Positions 1-10,147 of a stretch of 64,000 nt of DNA are shown here, in pieces. The stretch comes from a virus, in UHGV virus genome UHGV-1362809, one strand, 5' to 3'. Position 1 is the stretch's first letter. Every line of letters starts with the position of its first letter. Made by a program: the position numbers and the translations under genes. The notes beneath the pieces are model-generated. The model saw nothing but the letters and a program-made list of their open reading frames with translations. It searched no databases and was not told the origin of the DNA.

Positions 1-1523
1 CAATATTCGCTGAATTGTACAAAAAAGAACAGGTAAAGAGAAAGAAAGCTGTTCCCGTTAAAAAGTCACACGTTAAAAAGGTAACTAAGCCTTTGACCCG
101 TGCTGCGGCTCCTCAGCAATCTTTTATCCAGTACAAGGAATCCACTTTCAAACCTATGTCTAAAATGACGTGGAATAAAGATGATGGTTCTGATATTGTT
201 GGGGGAGAATATAAAGAACTGCAAGTAGATAAACGTAAGCTCCCAACTCGTAGAGCTCGTTTAGTTGAATATCGTATGACCGACAGTCAGACTCGTTTAG
301 CTTGTCAGATTTTTAGAGATTTGACGGATAATGGTCTTAAGTTTAATGGTCGTAATGACGAACAGCTAGACACTATGTTAAGAAAAAAGTATGGTAAACG
401 TTGGGCGAACATTGCTAAAGCTTATCGTGTGTTGCAGGATGATCCTAATAGCTTTGTCAACACTGGTTTGTTTATGTACGAACAACCTGAAGACATTGAA
501 GTCAATCACATGGCTTGGGCTGTCGAACACGATCCTCGTAATATGCGCTTGTATGAAAATACACCCGTTGAACTGCAAATTAGCTATTTAAAAGCCAACC
601 CAGATAAAGCTAAGTATGTACACAACTTAAACAAAAAGGCTTCCAAATACATTATAGCCGATAAACAGCAGCACGTTATTAAACCTGACTTAATCAAAAA
701 AGAAGACGTTAAGAGAGTCGTTGAAAAGAATGAAATTGTAGAGGACAACAAGGATAAAGACATCGTAAAGGTTGAAAAACCTGCCACTACAATTACCCCT
801 GTAAAAGAGGAAACTAAAAAACCTGAATCCGTTGTCAACACCAAACCCTATGTTTCAATTCTTGACCGAGTTCCTGCTCCTCCAAGACCTGCTCCAACAG
901 TTGTAAAAGTTGAGCAGCCTAAGAAGGAAGAAGTACAGCTAACAGGTAAAACTGCTAAAATCAATATTGACACGAAGGGCAAAACCAACGAACAGATTTT
1001 GGTTGAACGTCATCACTTAGTTGACCGCCACCTAAAAGCTGGTAACAATGTCAGATTTGATGAATTGGTTGAAGAAGACTGGAACAATATCTTGCACGAT
1101 AAACCAGAAGCTATCTTGCAAATTAAAGATGCTCCAGCTTCCTTGGTGTACAATACAGTCAAGTCCCATAAAGACTTAATTGATAAGCTGAACGACAAAC
1201 AAAAGGCTGAATTGGTAAAAGAAGATGGTATGCTTTTAAAAGAAATTGCAAAACCTGATGAAGAAACCATCAACAATGCGATTGACAGTAATGCTGCGGC
1301 TATTCAGTTTGTCAAAAACCCGACTGAAGATCAGCAACAGAGAGCTGTTATAAACAACTTGTTCGCTTTTAGATACATCAAAAATCCATCTCCTGAGGTT
1401 AAAGAGATTTATGACAACCTAAAAGAGGACTATGATGCGCAGAAAAAACAGGGTAAAACAATGATTAATATGTATACCCTGTCTAAATTGCAAAAAGCAA
1501 AAGCGTTGGCAAAAATAAAATAA
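1..1523 (+). CDS. Hypothetical Lys/Pro-rich protein, 5'-partial (frame stays open to the window edge; the listed start at 15 is TTG)
   Basis: Long ORF whose frame is open upstream of nt 15 (..IFAEL-YKKEQ..). The N-terminus is KRKK-rich and there is a proline-rich linker RVPAPPRPAPT. It is followed by a stem-loop at 1537-1575. No motif recognised. Confidence 0.45.
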   Translation, partial: IFAELYKKEQVKRKKAVPVKKSHVKKVTKPLTRAAAPQQSFIQYKESTFKPMSKMTWNKDDGSDIVGGEYKELQVDKRKLPTRRARLVEYRMTDSQTRLACQIFRDLTDNGLKFNGRNDEQLDTMLRKKYGKRWANIAKAYRVLQDDPNSFVNTGLFMYEQPEDIEVNHMAWAVEHDPRNMRLYENTPVELQISYLKANPDKAKYVHNLNKKASKYIIADKQQHVIKPDLIKKEDVKRVVEKNEIVEDNKDKDIVKVEKPATTITPVKEETKKPESVVNTKPYVSILDRVPAPPRPAPTVVKVEQPKKEEVQLTGKTAKINIDTKGKTNEQILVERHHLVDRHLKAGNNVRFDELVEEDWNNILHDKPEAILQIKDAPASLVYNTVKSHKDLIDKLNDKQKAELVKEDGMLLKEIAKPDEETINNAIDSNAAAIQFVKNPTEDQQQRAVINNLFAFRYIKNPSPEVKEIYDNLKEDYDAQKKQGKTMINMYTLSKLQKAKALAKIK

Positions 1524-1734
1524 ACGCTTTACCAGATACCCCTACTATGTTTATATAATGTGGTAGGGGTATATTTATGAAGCAGTAAGATATGTTTATA
1601 CTCTACTTATATGCAACTTACAGATGCTAAAAGCAAATATAGTATAAAGTCTGTTTTAAAGTTAAAAGAGTCCGCCGTATATTACCAAGTCCTTCAACTA
1701 TAAAAATTTAAAATATCTAAATCAGGAAAATAAT

Positions 1735-2004
1735 TTGCTCAGTACAAAACACAAATATATAGCTACACAAAATTGCGTTTTAAAATTTAAGGAGTTTCCA
1801 GTAACAGTAGATTTTAATGCTAATCCTAAATCCAAAACAATAGTACAAAAAGATTGTCTTATTTATCTAACACAGGGTCAAATTTTTGAAGTAGACATAT
1901 CTACAGACTATATATGTTATTCAAGTGTGGATGAGTTAATATTAGATGAGAAAGCAATTTTAATACAAAGCGATTGCATACAAAAATATAGGGTGAGGAA
2001 ATAA
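1735..2004 (+). CDS. Small hypothetical protein (89 aa)
   Basis: ORF ending just before the bidirectional terminator hairpin. No SD inspected. No homology recognised. Confidence 0.25.
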   Translation: MLSTKHKYIATQNCVLKFKEFPVTVDFNANPKSKTIVQKDCLIYLTQGQIFEVDISTDYICYSSVDELILDEKAILIQSDCIQKYRVRK

Positions 2005-2019
2005 TTCCTCACCCTTTTT
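1991..2019. terminator. Bidirectional intrinsic terminator where plus- and minus-strand transcription converge
   Basis: gggtgaggaa-ATAA-ttcctcaccc forms a 10-bp GC-rich stem followed by TTTTT. There is an A/T run on the other side as well. It lies between the converging ORFs 1735..2004 (+) and 2036..2995 (-). Confidence 0.7.
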
Positions 2020-2035
2020 ATTGTGTCATTTTAGC

Positions 2036-2995
2036 CTAAATACTTTGTTTTATGTCTTCCACCGTAAGTTTAATGCCAAGCTGTCTTGTATTAAATACTT
2101 CGTGTTGTCTATGCGGTTCACACCTATCAAAATAGCTTTTTAAGGGCGACAGCAGTTTAGGCTTAGAGGTATCTATTGTTTTCAACACCAGCATACTATC
2201 CCCAAAACACCGTCTATGTTCTTTGTACTTTACTGGTAGTTTGTTTAGGTTCGTATATTCATTATCTACAAAAGTAATATACTTAGGATGGGCACATAAT
2301 ATATCCACTTTGGAATACATAATACCAACCAGAGTAGACACATGGTCTGGTAGTTTGTTAGGCAGTAATTTTTGACGTAGCATCCATTTATTTGCGACTA
2401 CGGATAAATTATGTCCTTGTGAAATTTTATCCGTATAACTACCAATTATATATGCGAAAGCTAAGGACTCACTTCCTATTTTATCAAATGACCCTACATA
2501 AATCTCATTGTTTTCAGGCTGAGGAAATTGATTAAGACTATATAGAGATTCATAGTCCGTGATGATGATGTTTAAGTCAAATCTATCGTCGTCTCTGTAA
2601 GTTCTTCTAATTATACCATCGTAAGAGGAATAAGTAACTCTTACTTTTAGATAATTACATTTAGTTGCTTCATCTATTTCCTCTTGGCTAAACTTGTAGT
2701 ACAGCTGGTTGTCACCTTTAAATACGGATGTATAGTAAAAACTACCTATTTTGGTATGTTTAACAGCTTGAGAGACTACGCCATATTCTTCGCCTTCGTA
2801 AAAAAGTGCATAAGTATCAAGTGTTTCCAAAATAGAATGTAAGGCTTCTACTAAGGAGTGCCTACAGACCACATTTGTTTTGTTGACAAGTTTAGAGAAA
2901 TCAGATACAATCTCCTTATCTTTATTTTGTGTCATTCTTACAGTAAAACAATCTGGTTTATAATAAAAAGGATAACTCATCATTTTACATTCCAA
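2036..2995 (-). CDS. Hypothetical protein (319 aa)
   Basis: Long ORF, last gene of the minus-strand operon before the terminator. No motif recognised. Confidence 0.45.
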   Translation of the reverse strand: MECKMMSYPFYYKPDCFTVRMTQNKDKEIVSDFSKLVNKTNVVCRHSLVEALHSILETLDTYALFYEGEEYGVVSQAVKHTKIGSFYYTSVFKGDNQLYYKFSQEEIDEATKCNYLKVRVTYSSYDGIIRRTYRDDDRFDLNIIITDYESLYSLNQFPQPENNEIYVGSFDKIGSESLAFAYIIGSYTDKISQGHNLSVVANKWMLRQKLLPNKLPDHVSTLVGIMYSKVDILCAHPKYITFVDNEYTNLNKLPVKYKEHRRCFGDSMLVLKTIDTSKPKLLSPLKSYFDRCEPHRQHEVFNTRQLGIKLTVEDIKQSI

Positions 2996-3636
2996 GTCAC
3001 ACTGTTATCTGGTATCGTTACAATTATATCTCCATCCTGATTTATATCTACAGATTCAACATCAAATTCGATGGTATTAACACCTTGACGTAAATATAAT
3101 TTTTTAGGCTTGTCAATACTAATGCTTGGCATAGATATTTTGTTGGCCTTATAATAGTTGTCTAAGTATTCTCTGTCCTTAGCGGATAATGTTCTGTCAG
3201 GAGTAAAAGGCTGGTTGCCGTTAGGGTCTTTTTTGGTAAGAGTTAGCCATCCTTCATAGTAAGATGGATTGCTTAGAAGTTTGTACACCATACAAGCTTC
3301 TTCATACCGTTTTGTGCCTCTACAGCAAGAATATAATACCTCTGCTATCCCTAAAAAATGGCAAGCAATAATAACGCCATCCGCTTCCCATGCAGTACAG
3401 TTATCTGCATCATAGGAGCAAAATTCACCCCTTCTTCTAATAGTGTACTCCCGTTCCACTAAAATAGGGTCTTCTTTTGTTGCCGTGTAGCAGTAGATAG
3501 ACTCTAAAGTATAATAATTTTTGGTTCCCCGCATATCTAAAGTACAGGAACCTTTTTCTAAATGTGTAACCCCACAGTCTATTAGGAACTGTGCTGTCCT
3601 ATCCAGTAACTCTATTGAGGATATTTCTCTTGACAT
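2980..3636 (-). CDS. Hypothetical Cys-rich protein (218 aa)
   Basis: ORF with a 16-nt overlap to the downstream gene. Several Cys residues. No motif recognised. Confidence 0.45.
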   Translation of the reverse strand: MSREISSIELLDRTAQFLIDCGVTHLEKGSCTLDMRGTKNYYTLESIYCYTATKEDPILVEREYTIRRRGEFCSYDADNCTAWEADGVIIACHFLGIAEVLYSCCRGTKRYEEACMVYKLLSNPSYYEGWLTLTKKDPNGNQPFTPDRTLSAKDREYLDNYYKANKISMPSISIDKPKKLYLRQGVNTIEFDVESVDINQDGDIIVTIPDNSVTWNVK

Positions 3637-3658
3637 TATACTACTCCCTCTTAGTAAA

Positions 3659-4213
3659 TTATTCCTTCAACTTTACATAATACATATTACTTGCGTTGTC
3701 GCTAATGAAATTTACCTTTGGAAATTCTATTTTAGGTAATGGTTGTTTTGTTATATCCTTACACCAATCAGGCTTTTTAAGATTGTTTTTGTCATAAAGG
3801 CTCAGCACATAGTCTAAATCTTTACCTTTGAGACATTTACCTATGATATAGCTCGTATGGTTTGAGAGGTCTGGATTTTGTAACTGTCTGAACTGTTGTT
3901 TAAAGTTTTTACCCAGTAGGTTAAACATTAGGCAAGCATGTTTATATTCTGTAGAGTTACGGTTAAGTTTAACTATTTTGTCGATACCGAGACCACACAA
4001 AACCTGTACGATGTAATAAAGGTCTGTGGAATTCGTGGTTATCGAATTTTCAGCGAAACGCCAAGAATCTGTAAATTTAAAAGTATCTATACGCCAAACC
4101 TTATAGTCCCCCTCGAACTCTATAGTATGACCGTCGGGAGTATCCATAGTTTTAATTTCAGCGTCACACAGAAATTGCACCATTTTTTGTACAAGACATT
4201 TATCTATTTTCAT
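3659..4213 (-). CDS. Hypothetical protein, paralog family A
   Basis: Shares L..LGI..I...(n)ACLMF.L with the adjacent 4213..4902 product (YKHACLMFNLLG vs YNQACLMFKLRF). Confidence 0.45.
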   Translation of the reverse strand: MKIDKCLVQKMVQFLCDAEIKTMDTPDGHTIEFEGDYKVWRIDTFKFTDSWRFAENSITTNSTDLYYIVQVLCGLGIDKIVKLNRNSTEYKHACLMFNLLGKNFKQQFRQLQNPDLSNHTSYIIGKCLKGKDLDYVLSLYDKNNLKKPDWCKDITKQPLPKIEFPKVNFISDNASNMYYVKLKE

Positions 4214-4902
4214 TATTTAGAGTCCTTTAAATTATAGGTTGAAATTGTAACTGTATAGTTGTTCTTATCTATCTCTACGTGTGAATCTGTTACTTGTAAG
4301 GTATTTATTACTTTGTCATCAAGCAATAGACATACAGTAATTTTTGGTCTATGTTTGGCATTATTTATTTCGTGCATAGCCACCCAAGATGCAATGCTAT
4401 CTACTATTGCAGGAGGAATTTTTACTTTGTACCTTTTGTATATAGCGAGTACTTTGTGCAGCACAGTATCCGACATTTGTTTGCCAAACTCCCACTCTTG
4501 AGGATCTTTTAGTTCGGAATTAACTAAATGTACATACTCCATTCTTGTACGATCCGTAAACCTAAGTTTGAACATTAGGCAAGCTTGATTGTACAGTATG
4601 CCTGTGAGGGAACCTATATTAGATATTCCTAAGTTAGCTGCAACCTTAAGAAACTGTTTACATTCTTCCTCGGTGTAAGAATCCTTCATTTGGAGTATAT
4701 GATAATCAGGCATTTCAAGTGCCTCTTTTCTTGAAAGGTTGTTTATATAGTTATAACCCAAGATATTGTTATCCACATAGGCAATCAGCCAATTATCAGG
4801 ATTACCGAACACCTTGATACCGCATAGGGAACCATAGTCTCTTACTACTGGTAAATTAGTGTCAAACATAAATTTGACAATAGCATAAATCTGACTTTTC
4901 AT
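4213..4902 (-). CDS. Hypothetical protein, paralog family A
   Basis: AGGAG lies 9 nt upstream of the ATG at 4902. The ACLMF motif is shared with 3659..4213. Start and stop overlap (ATGA-type junction at 4213). Confidence 0.5.
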   Translation of the reverse strand: MKSQIYAIVKFMFDTNLPVVRDYGSLCGIKVFGNPDNWLIAYVDNNILGYNYINNLSRKEALEMPDYHILQMKDSYTEEECKQFLKVAANLGISNIGSLTGILYNQACLMFKLRFTDRTRMEYVHLVNSELKDPQEWEFGKQMSDTVLHKVLAIYKRYKVKIPPAIVDSIASWVAMHEINNAKHRPKITVCLLLDDKVINTLQVTDSHVEIDKNNYTVTISTYNLKDSK

Positions 4903-4942
4903 TTAGATACTCCTAAACTTGTTTTATATGTATATTTACAAC

Positions 4943-4976
4943 AAAAAAATACCGTGAGGAGTTAACTCCTCACGGT
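4943..4976 (-). terminator. Intrinsic terminator after the Lar-like gene (minus strand)
   Basis: accgtgaggag-TTAA-ctcctcacggt is an 11-bp stem. On the minus strand it is followed by ATTTTTTTG. It sits 7 nt downstream of the stop of 4983..5537. Confidence 0.65.
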
Positions 4977-4982
4977 TTGTCT

Positions 4983-5537
4983 CTACAAGGTGGCATAATC
5001 TTGAAAATTTTCCAGCCTATACAAAAACCTTAGTTTTTCATAATCATTAGACGCATTTATGTATTGTTTATTTATATTTCTAGTTGTATATAAATAATAT
5101 GCATCTAAGAAATACACATTACACGTAGACAATAAAGTATCTAACGCTTTTGTTGTTGGGTTGTCCATAACCACTAATAACATACCATCATGCCCTTTTA
5201 TTATAATGCCTCCTTTTTTTAAAAATACTTCAGTTAATTTAATAGCATTAGTATTATTATTTAGAACTTTATAATAGTGACAAATAAATTCAAGATGATC
5301 TACACTATCCGTAGTTATAAAGTTTCCGTCACTAAATATATACCCACACTTATTTTTTTTTGTTTTATTACTTAGCTGTTCTTCTACTGAGCATCTATTA
5401 TTCCACAAAAGTTCTGCGTATTCCTCATTATCACATTCGACTTTAACAGTTAATCCTTCTCCTAAACAACCCATACATTGTATAATATTACCATGGTTAG
5501 AAGGAAGTTTTCCACAGAAAGGACATGGCTTTAACAT
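4983..5537 (-). CDS. Lar-family zinc-ribbon protein (restriction-alleviation-like N-terminus) with a ~110-aa C-terminal extension
   Basis: The N-terminus MLKPCPFCG...IQCMGCLGEG...VEC...AELLWNNR matches the Lar family signature (LKPCPFCG, a second CxxC, WNxR). ATG start confirmed. Confidence 0.5.
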   Translation of the reverse strand: MLKPCPFCGKLPSNHGNIIQCMGCLGEGLTVKVECDNEEYAELLWNNRCSVEEQLSNKTKKNKCGYIFSDGNFITTDSVDHLEFICHYYKVLNNNTNAIKLTEVFLKKGGIIIKGHDGMLLVVMDNPTTKALDTLLSTCNVYFLDAYYLYTTRNINKQYINASNDYEKLRFLYRLENFQDYATL

Positions 5538-6577
5538 GTTAGAATACCTCTTATTTTTTCTAAATCCCTTATAATGTCTACAGGGTCTTCTAATCCTATA
5601 CTTAATCTTACTATCAAATTCCCTTCGTGTTTAAATATTGATCCTACTGTAAATGGGGCACCGAAAGTATCTCCAAACTGTATAACTTCAAAAGAGTTCA
5701 CTATATTTTTATACACTGGTTCCATTGTATTTGTCTGTATGACTATATAAATTAGCCCGCACCTACTATCAGAGGATATTTTTGCCCTGACAGATAATAA
5801 ATACTTCTTTACTGTCTCTGTTGTACTTTTGATTCTCTCCATTCTTAATGGCAATGTGGCTATTCTAATCTGTGCCAAATAGCAGTCAACAGGATTGGGA
5901 GATATTCCCATTACTCTTATTATATTTCCGTATCCCTTTTCTTCCTGAAGATCTACATCCTTAGAAACTATAGCTCCTAACATACAATTATTATGACCAC
6001 TTACATATTTTGCCAGTGACTCTACAACAAAATCTGCACCATCATTTAAGGGATTATAATTATAAATATTTAATATGCTATTATCGATGCAGAGTTTTGA
6101 ATTATGTCCATGTATGTAGGTGCTTAATTTTTTAATATCTGGAGTATATAAAGAAATTGATCTCATGGAGTCTATAATGATAAGGGAGTTTTGTATATTA
6201 TGTTTTGTAAGTTCCTCCTCACTATCTAAATAAACGCATCTATATTGTTGAAGTACTTGAGTTACTTCACTGTAAGTACCTATTACATATATTGTTGAGA
6301 AACTCTTTGCTAGCACATAAAAAGCTGATACTCCCGAACAACACACCACACAATTTTCTACTGGTACTTCATATAAACTTGCCACAGTGGCAGTAAGAGC
6401 TTTTACATTCGGCACCATATTTTTACTACATCTACGATAGGCAATTTCATAATTTCCCAGTTCCATTGACCTTAGATATTCCTCTTTACTCTTAAAACTG
6501 TTATTTAGATTTACAGTGTTTGGAATTAAGGTCTCACTATATATAGATGGGGATACACAACGAGAAGAAAATTTCAA
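5531..6577 (-). CDS. PLP-dependent enzyme of the Cys/Met-metabolism family (cystathionine gamma-synthase / beta-lyase / methionine gamma-lyase fold)
   Basis: The PLP-lysine motif SLAKYVSGHNNCMLG matches S.TKY.GGH.D...G. The C-terminal RLSIGLEDPVDIIRDLEKI matches the family hallmark RLSVGIED.DLI.DL. NPLNDGADFVVES matches NP.....DI. TTG start with GGAG 8 nt upstream. Confidence 0.65.
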   Translation of the reverse strand: MKFSSRCVSPSIYSETLIPNTVNLNNSFKSKEEYLRSMELGNYEIAYRRCSKNMVPNVKALTATVASLYEVPVENCVVCCSGVSAFYVLAKSFSTIYVIGTYSEVTQVLQQYRCVYLDSEEELTKHNIQNSLIIIDSMRSISLYTPDIKKLSTYIHGHNSKLCIDNSILNIYNYNPLNDGADFVVESLAKYVSGHNNCMLGAIVSKDVDLQEEKGYGNIIRVMGISPNPVDCYLAQIRIATLPLRMERIKSTTETVKKYLLSVRAKISSDSRCGLIYIVIQTNTMEPVYKNIVNSFEVIQFGDTFGAPFTVGSIFKHEGNLIVRLSIGLEDPVDIIRDLEKIRGILTC

Positions 6578-7429
6578 TTATATTACTCCAAATTCTTTAT
6601 TTATATCACATATAAAACAAGTGTTATTACTACTATATTTTTTAAAATTTATAGAATGTCCACATGTAGCCCTCTCGCAAGAACAATAAATAAAAGTATT
6701 CTTTTCCTTGTCATAATAATTAAGGACACGAGGCTGAATTATATTAATATTTGGTATATACTTAGATAAATATGTTGAATCCTGTTTTTGTACGCATCGT
6801 AAGGCCTTAAATATATGAGACTGGTCGCAGCATAAATTTTTATTATATACTATATATGGAAGTAAATTAACCCAGCAACAATGTTCTTTTTGAAATTTAG
6901 CAACATCAAAAGTATTATCTAATATACTATTACAAGTCTTTTTTGTTAGAATAGTATTACAGACTACATTAAAACCACGGGAAACTACGTAGTCCATATT
7001 AGTCAACATTAGGTCTCTGTCTTCCTGACATTTAAATCTTCCATCTAAATCATAGGAGGTAGTAAACTTTATACGAGGGAAAACATCTTCAAATGTATCT
7101 AAAAAAGTAATCAAACAACGTGTGTCTTTATATATTAAATTTGTATTTATGTATAACAAGTCAATTACATTTACACATAGCAAAGTTTTTATTTTGCTCC
7201 AAAAGTTTTTAAGTATATGCTCGCAATTATTATTGTCAAATAGTTCTCCTCCTACTATAAGAACGTGACTGCCTTTAATATAAAGGTTAGAATTAATATA
7301 GTCTATGACACACTGCAGACTTTGTTCCTTTTGTTTTAAACTTAGTAATCTTGGGTGTTCCCTCTGAAAACAAAAGGAACAATTATTGTTACAGTTATCC
7401 CATATTAAAAATTCATATATAGGTTTCAT
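6578..7429 (-). CDS. Radical SAM protein, paralog 1 of 4 (with C-terminal Cys cluster)
   Basis: CX3CX2C = CNNNCSFC. VGGELF resembles the GGE SAM-binding motif. TSYDLDGRFK is shared with the paralogs. C-terminal CSCERATCGHS...CFICD. Confidence 0.7.
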   Translation of the reverse strand: MKPIYEFLIWDNCNNNCSFCFQREHPRLLSLKQKEQSLQCVIDYINSNLYIKGSHVLIVGGELFDNNNCEHILKNFWSKIKTLLCVNVIDLLYINTNLIYKDTRCLITFLDTFEDVFPRIKFTTSYDLDGRFKCQEDRDLMLTNMDYVVSRGFNVVCNTILTKKTCNSILDNTFDVAKFQKEHCCWVNLLPYIVYNKNLCCDQSHIFKALRCVQKQDSTYLSKYIPNINIIQPRVLNYYDKEKNTFIYCSCERATCGHSINFKKYSSNNTCFICDINKEFGVI

Positions 7430-8241
7430 TTGTTTACTTCTATACTATAAATATCCTGTTTAAAAAAAGGTATACTTTGCTGTATATTAGCTGTATACCG
7501 TAAATAAGATTCAAAACACCTATCTCTTTCAGCTTTTAAATTTTTATACAATGGAGTGTCCTTTGTTTTGGTAGGATAATATAACATATATTTATAATTA
7601 ACTTCCTCACACTCAACAAGATTTGTATCATATAAATTTATAGGCCCAAAAATAATAGGTTCCTTGTTTTTATTTTGTATCTGTATATTCAAGGGCTTAG
7701 TATATATTGCGTTTCCTTGTTCATCGAGCAACCCTATAAAAAAATCACTATCATCTAATAAAACTATTTTATCTTTAAACCATGCGTAGTCTGCACTTTT
7801 TAAAAGACACTCTCTACATAACTTAAAGTACTTAAACTTTAAATATTGTTTTAATTGGATACTAATAAAATCAAAGTGCATTAGCCTTTCTAATTGATTA
7901 ATTATGTCTCTATAGGCTTGTGTAATAGCATCTTCATCAACGTCTTGACATACTTTTAAGGGTTGTCGTTGTTCTATTTGGTAGAAAAAGTTATCCTTTT
8001 CTACCGTTATTATCTTCCAATGAATACCCCACGAAGTATATAACTGTGCTAACTTTTCTCTTATTTCCATACAGTACTTTTGATTAGAGTGCATCTGATA
8101 AACTTTGTAGTAAAAATTATCCGTTTTAATTACTACTTGTCCTTCAACACCCTTCCACTTTAAACTATTAGATAAATTACTTTTATCTACCAAGGCTATC
8201 AGCTCAAAAAAAGTATCTGTATTTTTAATTACCTCAAACAT
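7426..8241 (-). CDS. Hypothetical protein inside the rSAM/PLP cassette (271 aa)
   Basis: ATG start. 4-nt overlap with rSAM paralog 1. No motif recognised. Confidence 0.45.
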   Translation of the reverse strand: MFEVIKNTDTFFELIALVDKSNLSNSLKWKGVEGQVVIKTDNFYYKVYQMHSNQKYCMEIREKLAQLYTSWGIHWKIITVEKDNFFYQIEQRQPLKVCQDVDEDAITQAYRDIINQLERLMHFDFISIQLKQYLKFKYFKLCRECLLKSADYAWFKDKIVLLDDSDFFIGLLDEQGNAIYTKPLNIQIQNKNKEPIIFGPINLYDTNLVECEEVNYKYMLYYPTKTKDTPLYKNLKAERDRCFESYLRYTANIQQSIPFFKQDIYSIEVNK

Positions 8242-9200
8242 ATAGACTCCATAATGTTTTTAAACAAGGGAATTCCTTTTTCTAATGCCTCTGGGTATTT
8301 TATAAACGAGGACGCCCTAAATCTTGGTTGAATTCTTACTCCTTCCTCCGTGTGTTCAGCCCCTTCTATTCTTATATGGTAGTTTTTCATAAGATTAAAA
8401 GTAGTTATATTAAATTTATATAAGGAATTATAAGACACAATAGAAGGAATAGTATTATTTGGTGTTAAAATACTGCTGTATTTTTCAAATTCCATATCTA
8501 GAACAGGTTTTAATAAAAATAGCTTATCCATTCTTTGGACTACTATTTTTAATAATTCTAAGTGTTGTAGGGGTCTATATTTATACTTTTTACCTATGTC
8601 CGACAATTTGTTATTTCTTATAACTATTCCCATATCAAATTCCTTAGTCATAGCATGTGCAGTACCAATTATATAGTCAAACATGCTATAGTCTCTTGGT
8701 AGTACAAACATTTCTTGTACTGCGTCTAACACCATTATTATTTTTTTATTAGTACACAAACTTTTTATTTTTTTCAAAAATATATCCTTTGTAATATTTC
8801 CTGAAGCTGTAGTACCAATTATATAACAAAAGATGTTAGTATAGCCATCCACTATTTTTTTAATACTTCCCCAGTCTAGATTTTTATTGTGCCTATTTAT
8901 TACACAAGTGTTACTTTTTTCTAAGTGTTTTTTCACACTGTCATGTTCGTCAGAGGAAACTATAACAAGGGTTTTATTATCTACGTACATAGAAAATAAT
9001 TTATCTATTATTGAAGTGGCACTTACATCAAAAGATACTGAATGAGTAGTAGCTACATTATTAGCAGGGCATAAGTCTAAATATTGTAAGGAATAATCTT
9101 CTTGTCCTATTTCATAATCCTCATACTTTTTGGATAATAGCTCTTGTTCTCTATTATCCAAAGGTTTGTACTTTAGCCACCATTGTATATAGTTATCCAT
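8229..9200 (-). CDS. Class-V aminotransferase / cysteine-desulfurase-like PLP-fold protein (possibly divergent)
   Basis: QYLDLCPANNVATTHS resembles YLDNAATT. GTTASGNITKDI and VLDAVQ resemble the class V core. IGTAHAMTKEF lies where S.HK is expected. The catalytic Lys position is uncertain. Confidence 0.4.
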   Translation of the reverse strand: MDNYIQWWLKYKPLDNREQELLSKKYEDYEIGQEDYSLQYLDLCPANNVATTHSVSFDVSATSIIDKLFSMYVDNKTLVIVSSDEHDSVKKHLEKSNTCVINRHNKNLDWGSIKKIVDGYTNIFCYIIGTTASGNITKDIFLKKIKSLCTNKKIIMVLDAVQEMFVLPRDYSMFDYIIGTAHAMTKEFDMGIVIRNNKLSDIGKKYKYRPLQHLELLKIVVQRMDKLFLLKPVLDMEFEKYSSILTPNNTIPSIVSYNSLYKFNITTFNLMKNYHIRIEGAEHTEEGVRIQPRFRASSFIKYPEALEKGIPLFKNIMESICLR

Positions 9201-10147
9201 TATTTATTTTCCATTTTTTCTATTAGGTGTTTATCGCAAATAACACAGGCATCCGAATCAATATAGGCAGCATAGTCCATAAGGTGGCCACATTTATTAA
9301 AGGATACTCCTATGTCATACTCCTTATTTACCCCTTTGTGTCTCTCATTTAACTGCATACGGTTTTCAGAATCATTAAAGTTTCTGTACAGTGTATCTGC
9401 CCTGTAGTAAATATTAAAAAGTTTATCCCACATTTCTACGGACTCTCTCTTTCTAAAAAGAGCTAAAAACTTTAAAAAAGTGGAACGATGAGGATAAAAA
9501 TTGCCTACTATTTTATTAGTTTCCTGCTTATAATTATTACCATGCAAAAAAGACCCACACTGTTTAAAGAAAAAAGATGCATTATAAGCTTTTTTCATTT
9601 TTTCAAAGTCTATCTGTCCTTGGATATATTTTTGTACAAAGTCCTCTGATAGGATAGACGTAATATTAAAATGTATTTGAGGGTATAAAGATACTATACT
9701 TTTTATATGTCCGTCCCAAGTATCAAACATCTTTTTTGTATGAAATCTGCCCAATGTATCAAAAGATGTTAAAATCCATAAGTTAGATTTGTCCTTAAAT
9801 AGTTTTAGCACTTCATAAAGGTCTTCGCACTTACCAATAGTCATGGTAGCATAAATCCAGACTTGTCTTACTATTCCTTCGTTGTATAGCTGCGCCGTTT
9901 TTTCCATCAGTCTAAAAAATTTATTTTTTATAGAAGGAGTATTCAACTGACCTTGAAAAAACTCCCCACCAAGATAGGATAACACATCATATTCTTTGTA
10001 AATACTCAAATCACTAATTTTATTAAGGGCATCATCTAAAGCTTGTTCTTTAAGTTTATCGTCTGTATGAGTATTATTTTTTCCTAAATAACAAAAGGAA
10101 CACTTAGAATTGCATTCTTGCCATAATTCAAATTGCAGTTGTTTCAT
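9200..10147 (-). CDS. Radical SAM protein, paralog 2 of 4
   Basis: CNSKCSFC. LGGEFF. TSFDTLGRFH. C-terminal CGHLMDY...CVICDKH. GGAGGAAG SD upstream of the ATG. Confidence 0.7.
   Translation of the reverse strand: MKQLQFELWQECNSKCSFCYLGKNNTHTDDKLKEQALDDALNKISDLSIYKEYDVLSYLGGEFFQGQLNTPSIKNKFFRLMEKTAQLYNEGIVRQVWIYATMTIGKCEDLYEVLKLFKDKSNLWILTSFDTLGRFHTKKMFDTWDGHIKSIVSLYPQIHFNITSILSEDFVQKYIQGQIDFEKMKKAYNASFFFKQCGSFLHGNNYKQETNKIVGNFYPHRSTFLKFLALFRKRESVEMWDKLFNIYYRADTLYRNFNDSENRMQLNERHKGVNKEYDIGVSFNKCGHLMDYAAYIDSDACVICDKHLIEKMENK

Noticed and set aside
8229-9200. Confident call of cysteine desulfurase
   Set aside because: The expected S.HK PLP-lysine aligns to TAHAMTK, so the lysine may be shifted or lost. 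It is kept as a class-V-fold-like protein with low confidence.
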